A DNA stretch of 64,000 bases, taken from NCBI GenBank assembly GCA_963674965.2, contig CAXXFL010000002.1, positions 320,001-384,000 of the forward strand. Direction: 5' to 3'. The stretch comes from a bacterium (lineage in GTDB: Bacteria > RBG-13-61-14 > DATKZS01). This document shows, one piece after another, positions 18,628 to 29,237 of the stretch; positions within the stretch are counted from its first letter, which is position 1; each line of letters opens with the position of its first letter. The position numbers and the translations under genes were made by a program. Below the pieces are notes generated by a model. That model ran no database searches. It saw only the letters and a list, made by a program, of their open reading frames with translations, and was not told where the DNA came from.

Positions 18628-19468
18628 AGCGGATACCGAGGAGACTTCCCCTGGTTTCCGGCGCGGCATTGTACCGCTTGGCCGCCCGAAGGCTCATGGC
18701 GCTCTGGCCGAAGCTTCCTCCTCGAAGCGCCTTTGCCGCTCCGGAGGCGGGTCCGGCCGGGTCGTCCCCAGGGCTCGAAGCGTAATAGTCCGGGCCATAC
18801 CAGTCGTTGGTCCATTCCCAGACGTTGCCCGCCACGTCGTAAAGTCCGTAGCCGTTGGGTGGGAAGTATCCGGCCGGGGAGGTGTCGTTGTCCCAGGGGT
18901 CTCCCGAGTCGAAATAATTGGCCTCCTGGCCCGTGACCGTGTCCCCATTCATAAAGCGCCCGCCCGAGAGCCCGCCCCTGGCCGCGTATTCCCATTCCGC
19001 CTCGGTGGGAAGCCGCTTGCCCCTCCACTCGCAATAGGCCCTGGCCTGGTACCAATCGACGTAGACGACCGGGAAGTCTTTATAGGCGGGGTCCTCGTAG
19101 TAGGAAACGCGGGAAAAGCTGCTGGAAAAGGCCGGCGCCGAGCATGCCCCGGCGGCCACGCAGTCCGCGTATTCGGCGTTGGTCGTCTCGCGAGCGTCCA
19201 TCAGGAAGGAGCCGAGACAGACCTTGTGCACGGGCAGCTCGTCCGCCTCTCCTTCCAGGAAAAAATCACCCATCTCGAAACAACCATCGGGTATTGGGGA
19301 CATGTCCGCCCGAGCGGCCTCTTCGGCGTAACCCGCCTCGTCGCCGCCGCATCCAGGGGCCGAACAGAGGAACAGCATGAAGGCAACAATAAATAGAAGC
19401 CCACGCGGGAAGCGCGGCCGGTGATTAATCGCGCCGGAGTTTATTCGGCTCTTTAGAAAAATGTCCAC
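18614..19468 (-). CDS. FGE/CLec-fold lipoprotein C (short form)
   Basis: Hydrophobic leader ending [41 protein letters not shown]; start uncertain. Confidence 0.85.
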   Translation of the reverse strand: MDIFLKSRINSGAINHRPRFPRGLLFIVAFMLFLCSAPGCGGDEAGYAEEAARADMSPIPDGCFEMGDFFLEGEADELPVHKVCLGSFLMDARETTNAEYADCVAAGACSAPAFSSSFSRVSYYEDPAYKDFPVVYVDWYQARAYCEWRGKRLPTEAEWEYAARGGLSGGRFMNGDTVTGQEANYFDSGDPWDNDTSPAGYFPPNGYGLYDVAGNVWEWTNDWYGPDYYASSPGDDPAGPASGAAKALRGGSFGQSAMSLRAAKRYNAAPETRGSLLGIRCAAD

Positions 19469-19810
19469 GTCTCGAATCCGATTTTATAGACCTTATCAAG
19501 CCGTCATGTCGAAACCGCGAATAATAATATGATGGCGGCGCCAACCGACGGGAAAAACGGCGGCCTTGATCTCCCAATAATGATCTATTAAAAAGATAAC
19601 ACCACGCCCCTCGCCGGTCAAACGGGAGCCTTGCAAAACATAGTTATAATTGTTTGGATCATGGTCTTCAGGAGGATTTCCCGCCTCGCCTTATTATCGC
19701 CCTCAAACCATATACAGGATTCCAACGATCGAGTTCAAGGCGAATTTCAGTTGACAAGTTTCACGCGATCACTTACCATCGAAATCAACTATCATTTCAG
19801 GGGAATGGAC

Positions 19811-20005
19811 ATGAAACCAGGAGTAGTGGAAAGATATTTAGTGGACGCCGATGGAACGAAACGATCGGTGGTCCTTGCCGTGAAGGATTATGAAAAGTTG
19901 CTGGATGACCTCCACGACCTCGCGAAGGTAGCCGAGCGCCGCGAGGAAAAGGCGATCGATATTGATGAGTTGAAGCGGCGCTTGAAATCGGATGGTTCCT
20001 TATAA
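19811..20005 (+). CDS. Type II antitoxin (RelB-like)
   Basis: 64 aa, YLVDADG...VVL...YEKLLDDLHDL...IDELKRRL; overlaps the toxin start. Confidence 0.8.
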   Translation: MKPGVVERYLVDADGTKRSVVLAVKDYEKLLDDLHDLAKVAERREEKAIDIDELKRRLKSDGSL

Positions 20006-20257
20006 ACTCGTCTTTAAAACCTCGGTCGAAAAGGACCTGAGGAAATTTCCGCCCGCCGTGGTTTCCGCCATCCTTGAAAGAATATCTCAACTCCCCGCGG
20101 ACCCCTTTCCGCGAGGAAGCCTCAAGCTGACCGCCGCCGAGAGATTATATCGATTTCGCTACCGCGACTACCGCGTGGTATATGAGGTTGACGAGGAACG
20201 TCACGAGGTCGTCATTCATTACATCGACGTCGCAAAGACGCCTATCGAAACCTGTAG
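19992..20257 (+). pseudogene. relE: RelE/ParE-family toxin with a C-terminal frameshift
   Basis: YKLVFKTSVEKDL, P.PRGSLKL, YRFRYRDYRVVYEVD; the expected R.RKDAYR* end lies in another frame after 20225. Confidence 0.8.
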
Positions 20258-20370
20258 TACCATCAGCCCGCGGCTTCGCCGCCCATGCGGGGACGGCGTT
20301 CTACAACTCGGCGGTGGATGCCGCGAGTGACCGTAACCCCGGGGAGGGTCTGAAGGAAGGCGAATAAGAG

Positions 20371-21627
20371 TTACCGCAGTCCCGCCACGCACTGGCATTT
20401 GCAGCCGAGTTTCTCCATTTTCTCGATGGCCTCGGGGCTGAATATGACCTTTTTATCGTCGCCGCCGCCGGCGATGATCTCGGCCATGGGGATGAGGAGG
20501 GGGTTGTTCCGGTCCTGCTCCTGGTAGGCCCGGGCGTAAACGTCGAGGGCGTAATTCTGCCAGCACTTGATATTGGCCTCGTTTAGATCGAGGGTCCCGT
20601 CGCAGTAGCCGGTAAGGGAGCAGGCCTCGCAGTCGCAGAAGTCGTTAATCAGTCCCGGTTGGGAGGGCGTGACCTGGCCGTCGGTGACGACTTCGAACTC
20701 GGCGTACATGGCGAAGTGGTCGCTGTAGTTGACCTCCTCGACCTGCTTTTTCTTGGGGCTGGTGAAGGGGTCCATCAGCTCGACGCGGGCCTCGGTGGGC
20801 TTGAGCCAGAAGCCGGCCTCCCCGTCGTAGTTCTTGAACATGACATGGTCGATCCTCGAGGCCTCGAGGGTGACCCAGTTGTTGTCGAGGGAATAGGTCG
20901 ACTGGTTCTCGCCGGGATGGACCGCCTCGTAGGCGCTCTCGAAGCCGGACTTGGCCTTGAGGAAATCGTACTCGAGCATTTGAGGCGACACGTTGTAGTC
21001 CCCCGCCACCAGGACCGAGCGGCCGAGCCGGTTGCGCTGTCCCCTCACGTAGCGGTCGATCTGGTACATGTTGAGGAGACGGTCCGGCTGGTGGCGGTCT
21101 CCGGGAATGAAGTTTCCGTCCTCATCGAAAATCCTGTCCATCCGGGCGATGGCGTGAGTGTCGAAGAAGTCGAGAAGGCCCCACGGCGTATCGAGCCGGA
21201 CGTGGGCTATGCCCTTGCCGCCCAGCCACTCGATGTAAAAGGGCCCGCCCGTGAGCCGGTAGGGCTCGTAAAGGACCTTCTCCATGGGATACTTGCTGAT
21301 CAAAAGGATGCCCGAGCCGTACATGTCCCGGAAATAGACGCTGTCCTCCCACTCGTAGCCCGCCTCCTTCATGCTGTCGAAGAGTATATCGCGATGGCGG
21401 TAATTGAAGGCCTCCTGGATGGCCACCACGTCGGGGTCGAGCTCGGCTATCTTCTTGCCTATGGCCACGGCGCGAAGGGTCCTTTGCTTGGCGCCCACTA
21501 TCCCCCAAACGTTATAGCTGAGCACCTTGAGCTTGGGCTCGGGCTGAGCCAGGGCGGGCCCGGCGGCAAGGTACATGGCCAGGGCCAGGGCGATAATAAG
21601 GATGACCTTTTCCTTCAACCTGTTCAT
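20371..21627 (-). CDS. Secreted EEP-family phosphodiesterase, sphingomyelinase-like
   Basis: Signal peptide; LSYNVWG, IQEAF, GSGILLISKYP, KG, DTH, GDYN, RIDH, SDHF. Confidence 0.85.
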   Translation of the reverse strand: MNRLKEKVILIIALALAMYLAAGPALAQPEPKLKVLSYNVWGIVGAKQRTLRAVAIGKKIAELDPDVVAIQEAFNYRHRDILFDSMKEAGYEWEDSVYFRDMYGSGILLISKYPMEKVLYEPYRLTGGPFYIEWLGGKGIAHVRLDTPWGLLDFFDTHAIARMDRIFDEDGNFIPGDRHQPDRLLNMYQIDRYVRGQRNRLGRSVLVAGDYNVSPQMLEYDFLKAKSGFESAYEAVHPGENQSTYSLDNNWVTLEASRIDHVMFKNYDGEAGFWLKPTEARVELMDPFTSPKKKQVEEVNYSDHFAMYAEFEVVTDGQVTPSQPGLINDFCDCEACSLTGYCDGTLDLNEANIKCWQNYALDVYARAYQEQDRNNPLLIPMAEIIAGGGDDKKVIFSPEAIEKMEKLGCKCQCVAGLR

Positions 21628-21709
21628 ATTAGCGTGTCCTCCAGTCACTAGGGTCGATGCCAGCGTATCATATCATTTATATGGGCGCGTGCAACAAAAA
21701 ACGCGCGTC

Positions 21710-22315
21710 TCAAGGCTCGTATCCCACCTCGATGATCCGGACCTCGGCCGTGCCCGTCTTGAGCATGCCTATGGCCTGGGCCGCGGCTTTCGAGAGGTCT
21801 ATGATCCTGTCCCCGCAATAAGGGCCGCGGTCGTTTATCCTGACCACCACGGATTTGCCGTTGGCAACGTTCGTGACCTTGACCAAGGTGCCGAAGGGAA
21901 GCGTGCGATGGGCCGCCGTCATGGCGTTCATGTCGTATTTCTCGCCGTTGGCGGTGGTCCGTCCGTGGAAACCTGGACCGTACCAGGAGGCCTCGCCTCG
22001 TTGCACGTAAAGATCGTCTATATACTCCCCGTCGCCAAGGTCTCCTTGCAGGAGCCGGGCAAGCTCCTCGTCGTTTTGGCTCGAAAGCACGGCCTCGCAG
22101 ACCGCGTCAAGCTCGGCCGAGGCGCGGGGCGACACCGAGGGGGCCGGGGCCTCGGGTTCGTTCTTCCTCAAGCGCGGGCCTTTGGTTATGCATCCCATGC
22201 ATAGGGCCACAGCCAAAGTAAAGCAAAGAGCGAACAAAGCCGAGCGGCCAACGCCTCCTGATTTTTTCCTCCCGCGCGGGGGACGGGATTTCATTCCAAT
22301 CGAGTCTCCCTTCAT
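21710..22315 (-). CDS. rlpA: RlpA-family lytic transglycosylase lipoprotein
   Basis: GEASWYG..FHGRTTANGE, TAAHRTLPFGT, VRINDRGP, IIDLS. Confidence 0.92.
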   Translation of the reverse strand: MKGDSIGMKSRPPRGRKKSGGVGRSALFALCFTLAVALCMGCITKGPRLRKNEPEAPAPSVSPRASAELDAVCEAVLSSQNDEELARLLQGDLGDGEYIDDLYVQRGEASWYGPGFHGRTTANGEKYDMNAMTAAHRTLPFGTLVKVTNVANGKSVVVRINDRGPYCGDRIIDLSKAAAQAIGMLKTGTAEVRIIEVGYEP

Positions 22316-23010
22316 TTCTCCACCAGGTCCAATAGCTCCAGCAGCCCGTCGATCCTTTTAAATTCTCTCACGGGCTTGGGGTCGATAAAGTCGTTGCCCA
22401 GCCACACGGCCGGCATGTCCGACGCCTGGGCGCCCATTACGTCGCAGCCCCACAAGTCTCCCACGTGGAGAATCTGGTGAGGCCTGAGTCCGGACCGAGC
22501 CGCGGCGACGCGGAAAATCCTCGGGTCCGGCTTCATGATTCCCTCGACCGTCGAGTCCAGGATGAACTGAAAATATTTCTTGATGCCCGCGGACTCGCAT
22601 TTGGACGAGGTAAATCCATCGTTGTTCGATATTATCGCCATGGGGTATCCTCGGTAATGGAGTTCCTCTAAAAGCTCGAGGCTGCCAGGCATTAAAACGC
22701 GTTTGGGCCGAAGCTCGATGAGCCACTCGGCCAGTTGGGGACCTATCTCGGCCGCCTGGTCGGTCAGTCCCAGGTCCTGGAAAAAATAGGAACCGAAAAC
22801 GTTCCGGAAATGCTCGGGATCGATCGGGGCGTGGGGCAAAAGCATGTCCGCCGCCATCAAGTCGGCCCGGAAGTAGGCCCTTTGGACCTCTTCATGACTT
22901 CTCTCGTGACCCAGGTCGGCCAGCGCCATGGCCGTGCGCTCGAGGTAGGCCGGTTCCGAGGTTACAAGGGTATCCCCAAAATCGAAAGTTATCAGACGAG
23001 GTTTATACAT
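22312..23010 (-). CDS. HAD-superfamily hydrolase
   Basis: FDFGDTL, ISNND, KPDPRIF, HVGDLWGCDV.GA. Confidence 0.9.
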   Translation of the reverse strand: MYKPRLITFDFGDTLVTSEPAYLERTAMALADLGHERSHEEVQRAYFRADLMAADMLLPHAPIDPEHFRNVFGSYFFQDLGLTDQAAEIGPQLAEWLIELRPKRVLMPGSLELLEELHYRGYPMAIISNNDGFTSSKCESAGIKKYFQFILDSTVEGIMKPDPRIFRVAAARSGLRPHQILHVGDLWGCDVMGAQASDMPAVWLGNDFIDPKPVREFKRIDGLLELLDLVEK

Positions 23011-23147
23011 TTATCTTAAGGCTCCAGCGCCGGAACGTGAGATAATTCTAACACGACACCCCGCTTTTTATCAATAACTTGTCAAATCTCTTCCTACGCC
23101 GGGCGGCCGCTTTCAAACCCCGACCGCCCGGGAGTATAATCGCCTCT

Positions 23148-24791
23148 ATGGATGATAATAAAAAAAACAATAGAAACCACCCTTATGCCCGGGCCCTCTA
23201 TCGAGCCGCCGGGATCAAGGCCTCGGACCTTGACAAACCCCGGATAGGGATCGCCAATTCATTTTGCGAGGCCAATCCCGGCCACGTGCATTTAAGGGAA
23301 CTGGCCCAGAGCGTAAAAAAGGGAGTGACCCGGGCCGGCGGGCTGCCCCTCGAGTTCAACGTTATCTCCATCTGCGACGGCATAGCCCAGGGGCCGGGCA
23401 TGCACCACGTACTGCCCTCCCGCGAGATCATCCGGGCGTCAGTGGAAACCATGGCCGGCGCTTACGGTTTTGACGGGCTGGCGCTCATGGCGTCCTGCGA
23501 CAAGATCATTCCCGGAATGCTCATGGCCGCGGCCGGCCTCGATCTTCCCGCCGTCTTCCTGACGGGAGGCACCATGAAGCCCGCCCACATAGGCGGCAAG
23601 AACCTGGTGGCCTCCGACGTCAAGGAGGCCTACGGCGCCATGCTGGCGAGCAAGATCACGCCCGCCCAGTTCGAGGAGATCGAGGCGAAGACCTGCTCCG
23701 GGGCCGGGGCCTGCTCGATGATGGGCACGGCCTGCACCATGGCCATAGTGGCCGAGACCATCGGGCTGGCCCTGCCTGGATCGGCCGTGGGCCTGGCCAT
23801 GAGCGACGAAAGACGAGATATCGCCGAAAGGACCGGACAGGCGGCGGTGGAAGCCGTAAAGAATGGGACCATATTCTCGAGCATGGTCACGAGAAATTCC
23901 CTCGAGAACGCCATCCGGGTGGTGCTGGCGGTGGGAGGTTCCACCAACGCGGTGCTTCATATCCTGGCCTTGGCCCGGGCCGCCGGTATCAAGCTTGGGT
24001 TGGACGACTTCGACCGCCTGGGCCGGGACACTCCCCTTTTAGGAAAATTCAAGCCCAACTCGGGCTATACGGTATTGGACTTCCATCTGGCCGGAGGGGC
24101 GCCCACCGTGCTGCGGGCCCTGAGCGGTCTAATCCATGGGGGGGAGAGGAACGTCAGGGGAGAGAAGATTTCAGACCTGGCCGCCGGGGCAAAAGAGCCC
24201 GGAGAGGTCATCCGTCCCTCGAGCGCTCCTCTTTCATCCGGTCCGGGGCTATGCGTGCTCAGGGGAAACCTGGCCCCGAGGGGGGCGGTGGTCAAACCCG
24301 CCGGGATCGCGCCGGGCATGATGAGGCACAAGGGCCCGGCCGTTGTCTTCGAGAGTGAGGAAGACCTGACCGAGGCCCTGAAGGGTAAAAGCATCCGGCC
24401 CGGATCGGTGCTGGTCATTCGCGGCGAGGGACCGAGAGGCGGGCCCGGCATGAGGGAGCTAAGTCTCCCGGCGGCCATGCTGGTGGGCATGGGTCTGTCC
24501 GAGAGCGTGGCCATGATCACGGACGGTCGTTTCTCCGGCGCCACTCGCGGGCCCTGCATCGGCCACGTCTGTCCCGAGGCCGCCGATGGAGGTCCCATCG
24601 GAGTTGTGAAGGACCAAGACCCGATCGAGATAGATATCCCCGAGCGGCGGCTCCACCTCCATGTCCCCGAGACTGAAATCGAAAGACGCCTGGCCTTCGA
24701 AAAATTCCACAAACCCCTAAACGCCAAAGGCTTTTTGCGCCTTTACGCCGAGCGCGTCTCGGGCGCGGACGAGGGGGCGGTACTGGAGTGA
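23148..24791 (+). CDS. ilvD: Dihydroxy-acid dehydratase
   Basis: [56 protein letters not shown]. Confidence 0.92.
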   Translation: MDDNKKNNRNHPYARALYRAAGIKASDLDKPRIGIANSFCEANPGHVHLRELAQSVKKGVTRAGGLPLEFNVISICDGIAQGPGMHHVLPSREIIRASVETMAGAYGFDGLALMASCDKIIPGMLMAAAGLDLPAVFLTGGTMKPAHIGGKNLVASDVKEAYGAMLASKITPAQFEEIEAKTCSGAGACSMMGTACTMAIVAETIGLALPGSAVGLAMSDERRDIAERTGQAAVEAVKNGTIFSSMVTRNSLENAIRVVLAVGGSTNAVLHILALARAAGIKLGLDDFDRLGRDTPLLGKFKPNSGYTVLDFHLAGGAPTVLRALSGLIHGGERNVRGEKISDLAAGAKEPGEVIRPSSAPLSSGPGLCVLRGNLAPRGAVVKPAGIAPGMMRHKGPAVVFESEEDLTEALKGKSIRPGSVLVIRGEGPRGGPGMRELSLPAAMLVGMGLSESVAMITDGRFSGATRGPCIGHVCPEAADGGPIGVVKDQDPIEIDIPERRLHLHVPETEIERRLAFEKFHKPLNAKGFLRLYAERVSGADEGAVLE

Positions 24792-24944
24792 TCGAGAGGG
24801 CGTGTCTATCATCCGGACGGGCCTTGCAGGCCACAATTAAAATTTATCCAACTTTGAGCGCCAAAACAAATTTATATTTAAATATTAGGACATTAAGCTA
24901 AAGAACATATTGCAATGGCAGGTAAAATAATCGGTTAAGCGCGT

Positions 24945-24973
24945 TTGACATTATCCCTGGATTATCATAAAAT
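24945..24973 (+). promoter_or_regulatory. Sigma70-like promoter of uppP
   Basis: TTGACA-17 bp-TAAAAT. Confidence 0.65.
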
Positions 24974-24990
24974 AGAAAGAGGAAAAAATA

Positions 24991-25827
24991 ATGGATTCCC
25001 CTTTGGTTCAAGCCGCCGTGCTGGGGATCGTGCAGGGACTTACGGAGTTTCTGCCGGTTTCGAGTTCGGGACATCTGGCGCTGGCTCAAATGCTGATTCC
25101 CGGCTTCAGCCAACCGGGCGTTCTGCTTGACGTGATGCTTCACGCTGGCACGCTCCTGGCCGTGATGGTCTATTTCAGGAGGGAAATCCTCGAGGTGATG
25201 AGGCTGGCCATCGATATGCTCAAGCCGGGGTCCGAGAAGGATGGGGAGAGCGTCAAGCTGGTAGTTGGAATATTGCTGGCCAGCGTTCCGACCGGGATTA
25301 TCGGCCTGGCCATCGAGGACTCGGCCGAGGCGCTTTTCTCGAGCGCGGTTCTGGTGGGATGTGCTCTTTTATGCACGGGATTCATCCTGCTTCTGGGAGA
25401 GCGCCTGGCCAAGGCGGCGTCGGAAAGGGCAGGGTATCCCGTCTGGTGGGCAAGCCTTATAATAGGCGTGGTCCAGGGTTTGGCCGTCGTTCCGGGGATT
25501 TCCAGGTCGGGCTCTACCATCTCGGCGGCCAGGGCCTTGGGAGTTGGTGGGAGCGAAGCGGCTAAGTTCTCGTTCCTATTGTCGATTCCGGCGATCGGAG
25601 GAGCGGCTTTTATATCGGTGGTCAAACACCTGGAAGAGATTAAAGGCTTTACCGGGACCGAGGCCCTGGCTTATTTCCTGGTGGGTCCTCTTGTGGCGGC
25701 GGCGGTCGGATACGTGGCCATCGAGGCGGTGATGAGAAGCATAAGGGGCGGGAAATTTACCTGGTTCTCGATCTATTGTTTCATTATCGGGGCCGCCGCC
25801 ATATTTGCGGGAACGATTTATAAATAG
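24991..25827 (+). CDS. uppP: Undecaprenyl-diphosphatase
   Basis: QGLTEFLPVSSSGHL, PGISRSGSTI, FSFLLSIPA. Confidence 0.96.
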   Translation: MDSPLVQAAVLGIVQGLTEFLPVSSSGHLALAQMLIPGFSQPGVLLDVMLHAGTLLAVMVYFRREILEVMRLAIDMLKPGSEKDGESVKLVVGILLASVPTGIIGLAIEDSAEALFSSAVLVGCALLCTGFILLLGERLAKAASERAGYPVWWASLIIGVVQGLAVVPGISRSGSTISAARALGVGGSEAAKFSFLLSIPAIGGAAFISVVKHLEEIKGFTGTEALAYFLVGPLVAAAVGYVAIEAVMRSIRGGKFTWFSIYCFIIGAAAIFAGTIYK

Positions 25828-25922
25828 CCGTTTTAAAATCGGTTATCTTTATTTGTGACGGAGGCCGATTCGGTTCGGCCCTTTGTAAGAAGCAAAACAT
25901 TGGCAAGCGTGAACGCGCGCGA

Positions 25923-28316
25923 GTGGAGGTGGATAAAGTGGAAGCCGTCAACGCTGATGCACCGGTTGTCTCCCGGAGGAAACGGGAACTCTACGGAGTG
26001 TTGTGGAGCTTCGTGGCGTTATTTTTCGCTCTTGGCCTTTTAAGTTATTCCCCCAAGGACCCTTGCCCGTTTATCAGGGAAGGACTTACGGGTCCGGTCA
26101 CCAATTGGATGGGCCCATTGGGAGCGGCGATCGCCGGCTGGATTTACACTATCTCCGGTTTCTCGGCCTGGCTTATTCCTCCGGCCCTGGGGGCTTTCGC
26201 TTACCGGGCTTTTTCCGGCAAATGGTCTCCCTTTTTGGGGCTGAGCCGGGTAAGACTAGCCTTGCGTGGAGGGGGAGCGTCGCTTCTTTTCCTGTCGGCG
26301 GCCGTGTTTCTCGAGTTGTCTTTAACCGACGTGGGCATGGACGGAGAGCGCGTAAGGGCGGGAGGACTTATCGGCCGGGGACTGGGAGCCTGGCTTTCCG
26401 GTTCGCTTGGCTACTGGGGCGCCTTATTCCTGGGCGGGCTTTTGACCGTGCTGGGGCTGATGGCGGCCATAGATTTTTCTCCCATCCGGGCGGCAAGACG
26501 GGTATCGGACTGGGCCGGTTGGGGTAAAGACTATGTTTCGTCGATCCTTACGCGCCGCCGCGAGGCGCAAAGGCGCCACGAGATCGTGGCTCAGGAGCGA
26601 AGGGTCATCAAGGACAACCGGACCCACTCGGAAATAAAGATAGTTATCGAGGATAAGCCCAAGCCCAGGAAAAAAAGAGCGGCCCCGGCCAGGCAACCCA
26701 AACAGGAGAAGTTCTCCTTTGCCAAGACCGAGCAGGACGAATACGAGCTTCCGAGCACGGAAATTCTCGATGACGTAAGCGAGAGTAAAAAGAAAATCGA
26801 CCAGGATGCCCTTCTCCTTAACGCCCAGATACTGGAGAACAAATTCAAGGACTTCGGGGTCAAAGGAGAAGTGGTTAAAGTGCAGCCGGGTCCGGTGGTA
26901 ACCATGTACGAGTACAAGCCGGGTCCAGGTATAAAGATAAATAAAATTGCAAATTTAGCCGATGATCTGGCCATGGCCCTCTCGGCCATGTCCGTAAGGA
27001 TCATCGCGCCCATACCGGGCAAGGACGTGGTGGGAATCGAGATAAGCAACCGGGACCGGGAGATGGTATATTTAAGAGAAATAATCGAGAGCGACGCTTT
27101 CTCCCGCATGAGGTCGAAAATGCCCATGGTACTGGGCAAGGACACCACGGGCGATCCCGAGACTTTCGACATGAGAAAGGCCCCACACCTCCTGGTGGCC
27201 GGATCGACGGGAGCCGGTAAAAGCGTCAGTCTTAACGCCATGATCATGAGCGTACTCTACCGGGCCACGCCCCATGACGTCCGGCTCCTCATGGTCGATC
27301 CCAAGCGTCTCGAGCTTTCCATTTACGAGGGGGTCCCGCACCTTATCCATCCCGTTATCTCCGACCCCAAGGACGCGGCCCTGGCCCTCAAGTGGGCGGT
27401 GGCGGAAATGGAAAGAAGATACAAGCTCCTGGCCGCCATGGGCGTAAGACACGTGGATTCATATAACAAGGCCGTGGCCAAATTGGCGGACGAGAAAGCG
27501 GGAGAAAAGGAAAAGACCAAGGCCAAGGCCAAGTCCGGCGCGTCATCCACCGATGAAGGCGACACGGTCCCCCTTTCGGAAGGGGTCATCTCGGAAGGAG
27601 TCGGATCGGAGGCGTCCAAGGCGGAGCCCGCGGCGGAGGTATCGCATGAGCATCTGCCCCTGCTTCTGATCATCATCGACGAGTTGGCCGACCTGATGAT
27701 GGTCGCGGCCAAAGACATAGAGGCGTCCATTTGCCGTCTGGCGCAGATGGCCCGGGCTTGCGGTATCCACTTGATACTGGCCACGCAAAGGCCGTCGGTG
27801 GACGTCATCACGGGACTTATCAAGGCCAACTTCCCGTGCCGCATAGCCTTCAAAGTGGCCAGCAAGACGGACTCGAGGACCATCCTCGATCAGAACGGCG
27901 CGGAAAGACTGCTGGGCCAGGGCGACATGCTCTTCCTCGGGCCGGGCACCTCGGACCTCCAGAGGCTTCACGGGGCCTTCGTGTCGGACGAGGAGATCAA
28001 GCGGGCCACCGAGTACTGGCGCTCGCAGGGCCAGCCCAACTACGACGAGGCCATCGTGGCTCCCCGCGGCGAGGACAAGGAGATCGAGGACGACGAGCCG
28101 ATGGACGACAAGTACGAGGACGCGATCAGGATAGTGGTTCAAACGCGCATGGCCAGCATCTCCATGATCCAGCGCAAGTTGAAAATAGGCTATAACCGGG
28201 CCGCGCGCATAATCGAGCGGATGGAAGCCGACGGAATAGTCGGTCCTTCCGACGGCGTTAAGGGACGCGAGGTCCTGATCGATCAAATGGACGTGGACAG
28301 CATGGCTTCCATGTAG
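25923..28316 (+). CDS. ftsK: DNA translocase FtsK
   Basis: N-terminal TMs; PHLLVAGSTGAGKS, IIDELADLMM, ATQRPSVDVITG, gamma domain IGYNRAARIIE. Confidence 0.97.
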   Translation: MEVDKVEAVNADAPVVSRRKRELYGVLWSFVALFFALGLLSYSPKDPCPFIREGLTGPVTNWMGPLGAAIAGWIYTISGFSAWLIPPALGAFAYRAFSGKWSPFLGLSRVRLALRGGGASLLFLSAAVFLELSLTDVGMDGERVRAGGLIGRGLGAWLSGSLGYWGALFLGGLLTVLGLMAAIDFSPIRAARRVSDWAGWGKDYVSSILTRRREAQRRHEIVAQERRVIKDNRTHSEIKIVIEDKPKPRKKRAAPARQPKQEKFSFAKTEQDEYELPSTEILDDVSESKKKIDQDALLLNAQILENKFKDFGVKGEVVKVQPGPVVTMYEYKPGPGIKINKIANLADDLAMALSAMSVRIIAPIPGKDVVGIEISNRDREMVYLREIIESDAFSRMRSKMPMVLGKDTTGDPETFDMRKAPHLLVAGSTGAGKSVSLNAMIMSVLYRATPHDVRLLMVDPKRLELSIYEGVPHLIHPVISDPKDAALALKWAVAEMERRYKLLAAMGVRHVDSYNKAVAKLADEKAGEKEKTKAKAKSGASSTDEGDTVPLSEGVISEGVGSEASKAEPAAEVSHEHLPLLLIIIDELADLMMVAAKDIEASICRLAQMARACGIHLILATQRPSVDVITGLIKANFPCRIAFKVASKTDSRTILDQNGAERLLGQGDMLFLGPGTSDLQRLHGAFVSDEEIKRATEYWRSQGQPNYDEAIVAPRGEDKEIEDDEPMDDKYEDAIRIVVQTRMASISMIQRKLKIGYNRAARIIERMEADGIVGPSDGVKGREVLIDQMDVDSMASM

Positions 28317-28379
28317 CCGCGTCAGGCGGGAACTGAATGGTCCATCCGGCATGTCCGTTTTGGACCGGGAGATAGATAG

Positions 28380-29129
28380 ATGCGAAAAACATTCGGTGCT
28401 TTAATAATCACGATGGCCCTGGCGGTCTTTGCGGTTTGCTTTTCCGCCCTGGGCCAGTCGTCTTTGACCCTCGACGAGGTGGTCCTCAAAATGGAGGAGA
28501 ACTTTAAAAAGGTCAATTCCTATCAGGCCGATTTCCGGCAGGAGATCATGAGCGTAAACCAGGGCCGCGAGATCAGCGCCGGCTCGGGCAAGGTCATGTA
28601 TAAAAAACCGGGCATGATGTCCTGGAAATATATCGAGCCGGACGAGCACCTTTACATCACCAACGGCTCGACCATCTACGACTATTCCCCCGAGGACAAG
28701 GAAGTGTACGTGATGTCGGTCAAGGACGCCATGTACAAGTCCTTTTTGCTCGGGCTGGCCGACGTGAAGAAGCAGTTCGAGGTCAGCTTCCACGCCGGCC
28801 GCCGCCTAAGCCAGGACGGTTCCTATCAGCTGGACCTCGTTCCCAAGGACCCTGACGAGCGGGAGGCCATCGGCCTTATAACCCTTTATCTCGATCCGAA
28901 ATCCTTCCTGGTCAAAAGCACGGAAACGGTGGACGCCCTGGGCAACAGGAACATGATCAAGTTCGAGAACGTCAAGCTTAATCCCGACCTGCCCGACGGA
29001 CTGTTCAAGTTCGAGTTTCCCGAGGGCGTCAAGATAATCAAGGGCGAGAAGATCGAGCCGGGAGAGACGGTCGACGTTCCCGACTCGGGCGAGGAGGAAG
29101 GAAACGAGGGAGGCTCGGGCAACCAGTAA
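28380..29129 (+). CDS. lolA: Outer-membrane lipoprotein carrier LolA
   Basis: YQADFRQ, KKPG..SWKY..P, F.F..PEGV; conserved ftsK-lolA order. Confidence 0.88.
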   Translation: MRKTFGALIITMALAVFAVCFSALGQSSLTLDEVVLKMEENFKKVNSYQADFRQEIMSVNQGREISAGSGKVMYKKPGMMSWKYIEPDEHLYITNGSTIYDYSPEDKEVYVMSVKDAMYKSFLLGLADVKKQFEVSFHAGRRLSQDGSYQLDLVPKDPDEREAIGLITLYLDPKSFLVKSTETVDALGNRNMIKFENVKLNPDLPDGLFKFEFPEGVKIIKGEKIEPGETVDVPDSGEEEGNEGGSGNQ

Positions 29130-29237
29130 AGCCCGGTCCCGTTTCTCCATTTTTAATTCGGTCGGAGAGGCGATGGATCGCCTTTTCGCTCAAAGATACA
29201 TTCGAGTTATCCGATTGGCGCCTGCGAGGTATAAGGA

